Shown one piece after another: positions 53,043 to 64,000 of a stretch of DNA of 64,000 bases. The position numbers and the translations under genes were made by a program. The stretch's first letter is position 1; every line of letters starts with the position of its first letter. Origin of the DNA: Octopus vulgaris (taxonomy: Eukaryota); NCBI GenBank assembly GCA_951406725.2, contig OX597818.1:134664001-134728000 (forward strand), in the 5' to 3' direction. The notes under the pieces are model-generated. The model ran no database searches, was not told where the DNA came from, and worked only from the letters and a program-made list of their open reading frames with translations.

Positions 53043-54633
53043 GATGTCGTGCAGCTACAAGTTTATACCTCGCTCAGAGATATTTTATTGCTTATGTATA
53101 CATACCTATACATATTTCAAAATAGGGCTCTGTCTTTCAACATAGCACATGCCCTTGGCCAGTTGACCCAACATGTGTTGCTCAAATCCCACCTAGTGTC
53201 CCAATAACAAGCTATAGTTGGCCAAAGCTGCCTAGTCGCTTTCTTTGCGACTTTAACGATAGAACGAACACCTCAACCACCCGCTTTTGCTGCTCCAGTC
53301 CTCTACTTTATTTTCCAATTCCTGTTTTCAAAAATCTTTCTCTAAGTTTTTTTTGTTTAAATGAGATCTGTTCAGTTTAAAGGTAAGTTGGTTGCTACTT
53401 TTGGTAGGTCGAGTGACCAGGTAGGGGCTCGTTCATTGGCTTGTTGCTCATATTCTTGTTCGTGTTATAAAGATTGTAAAGGCGCCGGACAAAATGCCCA
53501 GCAGCATTTGTTCCAGCTTTACTCTTTTACTCTTTTACTTGTTTCAGTCATTTGACTGCGGCCATGCTGGAGCACCGCCTTTAATCGAGCAACTCGACCC
53601 CGGGACTTATTCTTTTGTAAGCCCAGTACTTATTCTATCGGTCTCTTTTGCCGAACCGCCAAGTAACGGGGACTTAAACACACCAGCATCGGTTGTCAAG
53701 CAATGCTAGGGGACAAACACAGACACGCATATATATATACATATACATATATACGACGGGCTTCTTTTCAGTTTCCGTCTACCAAATCCACTTACAAGGC
53801 TTTGGTCGGCCCGAGGCTATAGTAGAAGACACTTGCCCAAGGTGCCACGCAGTGGGACTGAACCCGATTCCGAGATTAAACTCTACTGAGATCAACTTAG
53901 CTTTTCGTTCCTCCGAGATCGAAAAAATAATCTATCATTCAAGTACCATAGTCGATGAAATCGATTAATCACACCCTTCAAAATTACTGGCTTTGTGCCT
54001 AAATTAGAAAATATTGTTGTTGTTGCTACTATTGTTGCTGTTGTTGCTATCGTTATTGGTGATGTTTTTGTTATCGTTGCTATTGTTATTTAACCACAGG
54101 TAAGTTTTCGACAGAGGAAACCTATGATCGGAAACAACCCCGTCTTTATAGGGATGTCCTTAGACATACAAGCATAGCTAGGTGGGGGCGGTAGGGACGG
54201 TCCACCCCGGGCGGCACTTTTAAAGGGGCACCACTTTTGGGGCTGCTGTAGGCAATGTGTGTTCCTTGTGGGGTCCGGGGTGGGGGGGCCGCAAACAGAA
54301 GGGACGCACCGGGTGGCACACACTCTAGCTACGCTAGTGCTTAGGTATATAAAGTGTGCCCAGCCTTGTTTTAAGACAATTGGGCAGAGAGGAGATTTGA
54401 TTGGAGATAGTCTGTGACTGCTATTTCTAGCATGCAGGTGGACTCTATAAAGGCTTCGCGCAAAACTATTGTCGCCACTACCATTGTTGTCAGCTTGTGA
54501 GTGTGAACAAACAAAATAATATATTCCGTTTTCATTTTTGTCTAAATTCAAGTGAAAAACATCTCAGAGTGACCTTGTGATCTACTTGATGATAATATCT
54601 CTTTATTTCCCCTACCCACCCTCTCTCTTTCTA

Positions 54634-56020
<1,387 letters not shown>

Positions 56021-56634
56021 GAATATGCAAACAATTTTTTTTAAATTTCGCCTCTACAGTATTAAGTGTTTCATCCACCAGTGTCATGCTGACAACATAT
56101 TAATGATGTGGAGTGGGGGGGGGGGACTTCAACTTTCACAGTCTTGATTGGTCTACAAACAGCTTGAAACCAGGTTTTTCTACCTCAACCCTTGATAAGG
56201 AAGCAATCGAATTGATTTTTGATTTTATGGATGGGTTTTTCCTGACCCAACTTGTTCGTGCACCAATAAGGTGTCACCAAAACACCTTGAACCTAGTGTT
56301 CAGTAACCACACAGATACTATCCTCAATATTGTAGTGGAAAAAGCACCATTACTCTCAGACCATGACATGGTTCTCTGTGATCTGAGATTCTACCGCCCA
56401 AAGATCAAATCCAGTGACATCTCTCCAGTGCATCCATTTGACACTATGGATCTTCATAACACAGACCGGGATGCAATCAATCATGATCTTTCACAAGTTG
56501 ATTGGGCCTGCACGCACGCACACACCCCTCCAACATAAACTCATCATGGCAGACATTTGTAAATACTGTGACAAATATATGCGCAAAACACACTCCATTA
56601 AGATCAGTATACAAATCTAAGTATAGAATCCCTA

Positions 56635-57121
56635 TGCATAAGATCTGGTCATCAAATCTAAGTAGAGACTTCAAACTTGAAATCTTCAAAGCCACAGTCG
56701 AACCAATTCTACTATATGGCTCAGAAACCTGGACGTTATCAAAGAAGCTTGAGAGGCGGTTGGATGGAACCTACACTCGCCTCCTTATGAGAGCTCAAAA
56801 TCTCTCGTGGAAGTGTCATCCAACCAAAATGCAAATATATGGGAAACTACCACCTGTGTCATCTCTTGTGAAAGGTAGGAGAGTCCAGTTTGCTGGACAT
56901 TGTTGTAGAGCTGAAAAAGAGGTTATTTCTACTCTTCTCCGCTGGAAGCCATCTACTCGCAATACCAGAGGGCGCACACTCTCCTACCCTGATGTAATCT
57001 CCAGGGATACAGGCATCCAGCAACAGGACCTCCGTAATGCCATGATGGACCGTGAAGTCTGACGTAGTATGGTAAATTCCATTGTCTCGACCACGGTCGA
57101 ACAATGATGATGATGATGATG
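56635..57121 (+). mobile_element. 5'-truncated RTE-clade LINE with (TGA)n tail
   Basis: KLEIFKATVEPILLYGSETWTL; 10-bp TSD AGAATCCCTA (56625-56634, 57122-57131). Confidence 0.9.
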
Positions 57122-57562
57122 AGAATCCCTAGAAATAGAAGAACAATTATAAGAAAAATAAAAAGAATTAACAAGAAAAAATCAACCAACTTAAATACTG
57201 CCAGCAGCAACGCATCCATTCGACTGCCATTGCATTACTCGAATCGAAAAAAACACGACCTCCGTAAAAGCATGATGGCCATCATTAACAGTCAAAGAGC
57301 AGCTGAGGAGAGTTGGGCCACTGAGAAAATAAAACTCAATCCCAAAATGTTCTTTTCATTTGCAAAAACAAACAACAACATAAAGACGCTATTCCCACTG
57401 TTGGTCCACTGGTTGACGAGAACAACACTCTATACGATGATGCAAAATCCATGTGCGAGATACTACAGAGACAATACTGCTGATGTGTCTTTAGTGATCC
57501 TAATGTGGTTGATCTGGCTAGTATCAGTGATGTAAACCCTCAACTAACCATATCTGACATAA

Positions 57563-59425
57563 CTATTTCTTTACTACCCACAAGGGGCAAAACACAGAGA
57601 GGACAAACAAGGACAGACAAACGGATTAAGTCGATTATATCGACCCCTGTGCGCAACTGGTACTTATTTAATCGACCCCGAAAGGATGAAAGGCAAAGTC
57701 GACCACGGCGGAATTTGAACTCAGAACGTAGCGGCAGACGAAATACCTATTTCTTTATTACCCACAAGGGGCCAAACACAGAGAGGACAAACAAGGACCG
57801 ACAAACGGATTAAGTCGATTATATCGACCCCTGTGCGCAACTGGTACTTATTTAATCGACCCCAAAAGGATGAAAGGCAAAGTCGACCACGGCGGAATTT
57901 GAACTCAGAACGTAGCGGCAGACGAAATACCTATTTCTTTATTACCCACAAGGGGCCAAACACAGAGAGGACAAACAAGGACAGACAAACGGATTAAGTC
58001 GATTATATCGACCCCTGTGCGCAACTGGTACTTATTTAATCGACCCCGAAAGGATGAAAGGCAAAGTCGACCACGGCGGAATTTGAACTCAGAACGTAGC
58101 GGCAGACGAAATACCTATTTCTTTATTACCCACAAGGGGCCAAACACAGAGAGGACAAACAAGGACCGACAAACGGATTAAGTCGATTATATCGACCCAG
58201 TGCGCAACTGGTACTTATTTAATCGACCCCAAAAGGATAAAAGGCAAAGTCGACCTCGGCGGAATTTGAACTCACAACGTAGCGGCAGATGAAATACCTA
58301 TTTCTTTAATACCCACAAGGGGCCAAACACAGAGAGGACAAACAAGGACCGACAAACGGATTAAGTCGATTATATCGACCCCAGTGCGCAACTGGTACTT
58401 ATTTAATCGACCCCGAAAGGATGAAAGGCAAAGTCGACCACGGCGGAATTTGAACTCAGAACGTAGCGGCAGACGAAATACCTATTTCTTTATTACCCAC
58501 AAGGGGCCAAACACAGAGAGGACAAACAAGGACAGACAAACGGATTAAGTCGATTATATCGACCCCTGTGCGCAACTGGTACTTATTTAATCGACCCCGA
58601 AAGGATGAAAGGCAAAGTCGACCACGGCGGAATTTGAACTCAGAACGTAGCGGCAGACGAAATACCTATTTCTTTATTACCCACAAGGGGCCAAACACAG
58701 AGAGGACAAACAAGGACCGACAAACGGATTAAGTCGATTATATCGACCCCAGTGCGCAACTGGTACTTATTTAATCGACCCCGAAAGGATGAAAGGCAAA
58801 GTCGACCACGGCGGAATTTGAACTCAGAACGTAGCGGCAGACGAAATACCTATTTCTTTATTACCCACAAGGGGCCAAACACAGAGAGGACAAACAAGGA
58901 CCGACAAACGGATTAAGTCGATTATATCGACCCCAGTGCGTAACTGGTACTTATTTAATCGACCCCGAAAGGATGAAAGGCAAAGTCGACCTCGGCGGAA
59001 TTTGAACTCACAACGTAGCGGCAGATGAAATACCTATTTCTTTATTACCCACAAGGGGCTAAACACAGAGGGGACAAACAACGACAGACATAGGTATTAA
59101 GTCGATTACATCGACCTCAGTGCGTAACTGGTACTTAATTTATCGACCCCGAAAGGATGAAAGGCAAAGTCGACCTCGGCGGAATTTAAACTCAGAACGT
59201 AACGGCAGATGAAATACCTATTTCTTTATTACCCACAAGGGGCTAAACACAGAGGGGACAAACAAGGACAGACATAGGTATTAAGTCGATTACATCGACC
59301 CCAGTGCGCAACTGGTACTTATTTAATCGACCCCGAAAGGATGAAAGACAAAGTCGATCTCGGCGGAATTTGAACTCAGAACGTAGCGGCAGATGAAATA
59401 CCGCTAAGCATTTCATCCGGCGTGC
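57563..59425 (-). repeat. SINE A truncated head + ten tandem 183-184 bp bodies
   Basis: Unit starts at 57563, 57746, 57930, 58114, 58297, 58481, 58665, 58849, 59033 and 59217. Confidence 0.9.
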
Positions 59426-59829
59426 TTTTGGTGCTCCTGATATCCTAAGAGAAATAGATAAGATCAAGCACAACTCGACAAATTCCGCCGAGTTCGTCTT
59501 TGCCTTTCATCTTTTTGGGTACCAGTTGAACACTGGGTCGATGTAACTGACTTACCCACTTCCCCGAACCTGCTGGCCTTGTGCCAAAATTTGAAGCCAA
59601 TATAAAAGAGAAACTGTAAAACAGAAGTTGGAGTCACAAATTTTAAAACCTTCGTCACTAAACTGCACCACCTGAAGCAAGAACTTAATGCCTCAGCTAA
59701 AAACCAAAAAAAAATTTTAAATGCGTATTATAAATGTCAAATACTGAATTGACTGTTTACCAGATGTTTACCAGATGTCCCAAATCAATCTACTGCAGCT
59801 TCAATATAAACTCTCTTTTTCTCTTTCTC

Positions 59830-60045
59830 TTTTACTCTTTTACTTGTTTCAGTCATTTGACTGCGGCCATGCTGGAGCACCACCTTTAGTCGAGCAAATC
59901 GACCCCGGGACTTATTCTTTTGTAAGCCCAGTACTTATTCTATCGGTCTCTTTTGCCGAACCGCTAAGTGACGGGGACATAAACACACCAGCATCGGTTG
60001 TCAAGCAATGCTAGGGGGACAAACACAGACACACAAACATATAAG

Positions 60046-60115
<70 letters not shown>

Positions 60116-60158
60116 TACGACAGGCTTCTTTCAGTTTCCGTCTGCCAAATCCACTCAA

Positions 60159-60193
<35 letters not shown>

Positions 60194-60373
60194 CACATAT
60201 ATATATATACGACGGGCTTCTTTCAGTTTCCGTCTACCAAATCCACTCACAAGGCTTTGGTCGGCCCGAGGCTATAGTAGAAGACACTTGCCCAAGGTGC
60301 CACGCAGTGGGACTGAACCCGGAACCGTGTGGTTGGTTAGCAAGCTACTTACCACACAGCCACTCCTGCGCCT
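59830..60373 (-). mobile_element. SINE family B with internal partial duplication
   Basis: Match to SINE B; the 60118-60157 segment is repeated at ~60210. Confidence 0.85.
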
Positions 60374-60588
60374 ATAAACTGCTCAATTTTTGTAAAGTTC
60401 ACTCCATCAGATGCACAAGTTGAGAAAATCTGAAAGTCACTGAAAAATCTTCAATAAGCAAGATACACAGAAGAACTTATGCAAGGCTACTACAAACATG
60501 TGTGACAAAAACAATAAGAAACTAGTGCTACAGTCCTAGAAAGAGTCGTGAAGGAAATGGCAATCCAAATATCCACAAGCCCAGATCT

Positions 60589-60633
<45 letters not shown>

Positions 60634-60687
60634 CGATGACGATGACAATGACGATGATGACGATGACGATGATGACGATGACGACGA

Positions 60688-60771
<84 letters not shown>

Positions 60772-61360
60772 TAATAATAATAATAATAATAATGATGCAG
60801 TACCAGGCAGTGGCTCTCATGGCTTCTGATCTTAACTGATTGGAAGTGTTATCATGTACATTGTTTTGTCTTGGTATAAAAGATGGGCTACAGTAAATAT
60901 TCTGCTCAATACCACAGATTTGCTTGTCAGTTGTTTGACCTTAACCAGTTGAGCATGTCCCTTAGTGGCTGACGATATGTGCATCTCTGATCACGAGCAG
61001 AAGTAGTGGGGGAGCATCATAGCCATGTGTTGAGAAGGATTCTTTGGGGTTTGAATAATTCACCTCTGGAAACATGGGTGTTTCGTTCAACATCCTTAAA
61101 CAACCCTTATTCAGGGACCTTTTGAGCGGGATGGGTTACTCGACCAGAACAAAATTCTAACTGGGCCCCACCTGCAAGGTCATGTGCTGTTTATCTTGAT
61201 ATGAGATCACCATGTCGCGCACATATGGTTGTGATGCATGTGCCTGGTGTACCCTTATCAGACGGGTAGTCATGATGGGTATACTGGGCTTCGTATATTT
61301 TACCCCAGTGTCACTTTGATGGCATGCTCTGCTCGCTCACTCAATAATAATAATAATAAT

Positions 61361-61906
61361 TCCAACATTATGGAATAACAACAGAAAAAAGATGGTATAG
61401 GCACACACCAGAAAAGGTCACAGAAAACGAGAAAGCAACCATACTCTGGGATATGCCGATACACACAGATAGAGAAATTAAGGCCAACAGACCAGATATA
61501 GTTGTCAGAGATCATGAAGGAAAAAAAAATGCTTTCTAATTGATGTATCAATACCGGCAGATGACAACGTGTCTCGAAAAGAAATGGAGAAACTCTCAAA
61601 ATACAAAGACCTGGAAATAGAGGTAACTAGAATGTGGAATCTGAAAACAGAAACAATTCCTATCATAGTAGGTGCATTAGGCATGATAAAAAAATATTCA
61701 GACAAATACATAACAAAAACACCAGGACTTACAAACACATATAACATACAGAAAATTGCACTACTAGGCACTGCACACATCCTACGCAGAACACTTTCCA
61801 TACAATAACCATCAGAGCATCACAACAAATCACAGCACATACCCAAGGCACACAGAGCTGCGCTCGGTAGTGAAGTGAAAGCACGCTACAAAAATAAAAC
61901 TACTGG
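61361..61906 (+). mobile_element. R4/Dong-clade non-LTR retrotransposon 3' end (restriction-like endonuclease) in (TAA)n
   Basis: ILWDMPIHTDREIKANRPDIVV..LIDVSIP..KEMEKLSKYKDLEIE..IPIIVGALG (PD..D/ExK RLE); frameshift in an A-run; (TAA)n on both sides, the known Dong target. Confidence 0.85.
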
Positions 61907-62030
<124 letters not shown>

Positions 62031-62103
62031 TGATGATGATGATAATGAAATTATTGTATACAGTGCTCAGGTGCACCACAACAAAAATTTAATTTTTAAC
62101 GAT

Positions 62104-62185
62104 CGCTGCGAACAGCATTCGAACCTGCGCAGGAAAATCCCATCGGATTTCGAATCCAACACCTTAACCACTCTGCCATCATAGC
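62104..62185 (-). pseudogene. tRNA-Ser(CGA) pseudogene
   Basis: Minus strand: GCTATGATGGCAGAGTGGTTAAGGTGTTGGATTCGAAATCCGATGGGATTTTCCTGCGCAGGTTCGAATGCTGTTCGCAGCG; 82 nt with variable arm and several stem mismatches. Confidence 0.8.
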
Positions 62186-62522
62186 TCTAGTGCTCGGCCA
62201 TCACAGCTCTTACAACAGGAATCTCAAATCTTACGGTTGAGATTTAATTATACTGTAGGGAAAGAGTATCAAGTGTACGTTAGACGTACTTAAATGGGTG
62301 TTAGCTGTAATTACTCTGTTCATTTCAAAAAGTATCCTAACCACCCAAACCAAAAGATACCACCCAACAGCTTGCCAGAACATCATTTATGATATGCACT
62401 GATTGCCCCGACCTGTTTCCCGTATGCCACCAACATTATCAGATCTGATTAGGGAGAGGGAAGGGAATGTGAGGCTGTTCGGAGCAGTCGCTGATCACAA
62501 AATGAAACAGGTATGAATAGTA

Positions 62523-62694
62523 AGGCGTAAGAGTGGCTGTGTGGTAAGTAGCTTGCTTACGAACCACATGGTTCCGGGTTCAGTCCCACTGCGTGGCACA
62601 TTGCGCAAGTGTCTTCTACTATAGCCTCGGGCTGACCAAAGCTTTGTGAGTGGATTTGGTAGACGGAAACTGAAAGAAGCCTGTCGTATGTATG

Positions 62695-62744
<50 letters not shown>

Positions 62745-62976
62745 CGTCCCCCCTCCCAACATCGCTTGACAACAAATGGTGGTGTGTTTACGTCCCCGTA
62801 ACTTAGCGGTTCGGCAAAAGAGACCGATAGAATAAGTGCTACTAGGCTTACAAAGAATAAGTCCTGGGGTCGATTTGCTCGACTAAGGGTGACGCTCCAG
62901 CATGGACGCAGTCAAATGACTGAAACAAGTAAAAAAAAGTAATGACGGAAACTGAAAGAAGCCTGTCGTATATATT

Positions 62977-63017
<41 letters not shown>

Positions 63018-63225
63018 ATGTGTTTGTGTGCCTGTGTTTGTCCCCCTAGCATCGCTTGACAACTGATGCTGGTGTGTTTACTTCACCGTCACTTAGCGGT
63101 TCGGCAAAAGGTACCGATAGAATAAGTACTACTAGGCTTACAAAGAATAAGTCCTGGAAATGATTTGTTCGACTAAAGGTGACGCTCCAGCATGGCCACA
63201 GTCAAATGACTGAAACAAGTAAAAA
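62523..63225 (+). mobile_element. SINE family B with duplicated 3' half
   Basis: Full copy 62523-62940 followed by a second body from GACGGAAACTG (62944) to 63225. Confidence 0.8.
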
Positions 63226-63505
63226 AAAAATAATAAAAAAAAAGTAATGAATCCCAGGAAGTCAGATGTAGTTGTAGCTGAACTACCAAGAAGTCTTTTG
63301 TAAGTATGCGGCATATGTGTATTATGTTGCAGTTGAGCAAAGTCCTAGAACCACCTCGGCGGGGGCTGTTATTCAACACCGAACCAACACTTGTTGATAC
63401 CACTTTTCACGGATGTTGAAACCACTTTTCACGGGTGTCGATAAACAATTGAAATGTTGCTGTCGTCGACGTCGACGTCGTCGCCGCCGTCGCCACGGCC
63501 ATTGC

Positions 63506-63541
<36 letters not shown>

Positions 63542-64000
63542 TCCTGTTGTTGTTTGTTAGAAATCAGCCATTTCTGTAAGGAGAATAATTTTTTTTAAAA
63601 AGAGACATATACACACACATATATTTATATATGTACAAACACATATACACATATAGACACACACGTGCAGGTATACGTACGCACATGTATGCACAAACAC
63701 ATACATACACACACATACATACATACATATATACATGCAAACATGCATACATACATGCATACATACATATATGCATACATACATACATACATACATACAT
63801 ACAAACATACATACTTACATACATACATACATATTTACATACATACATACATACATGCATACATACATACATGCAAACATGCATACATACATACATACAT
63901 ACATACATACATACATACATACATACATACATACATACATGCATACATACATACATAAATACATACATACATACATACATACATACTTACATACATACAT

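Larger units (their letters stand above)
56113..59470 (+). pseudogene. CR1/L2-like LINE ORF2 fragment (AP endonuclease onward) interrupted by an RTE insert and a SINE A array
   Basis: [46 protein letters not shown]; the sequence appears to resume after the array (GAPDILREIDKIK, ~59430). Confidence 0.75.

Noticed and set aside
60548-60839. Poly-Asp/Asn and poly-Met/Thr/Ile ORFs
   Set aside because: Compound GAT/GAC/AAT trinucleotide microsatellite.

Overview
A 64-kb, repeat-saturated eukaryotic intergenic/intronic window, most likely from an octopus (inferred from three abundant tRNA-derived SINE families and dense TA/CA/TACA/TAA microsatellites). I found no intact host protein-coding gene. 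Almost all ORFs in the track are microsatellite or SINE read-throughs. The recognisable coding relics are fragments of Tc1, mariner and maT-like transposases, CR1-, RTE- and R4/Dong-type LINEs, and a Penelope-type reverse transcriptase. Helitron-like elements, MITEs and a tRNA-Ser(CGA) pseudogene are also present. The main hidden signal is about 14 type I hammerhead ribozyme (HHR) motifs (stem I-CUGANGA-stem II-GAAA-short, often palindromic stem III-UH-stem I). Most sit in non-coding elements that insert into (TA)n tracts and have a Penelope-like layout of an inverted copy plus tandem direct repeats. The best case is a 492-bp retrozyme-like unit at 7744-9232 with three near-identical HHRs and a diverged sister element at 25497-26107 whose stems covary. 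Core variants include a G3-C8 swapped HHR (48062-48110) and a family with U.U at the base of stem II. A second oddity is head-to-tail arrays of a 184-185 bp SINE body with the same junction at four loci. All structures were folded by eye, and repeat boundaries are approximate to within a few bases unless TSDs are given.
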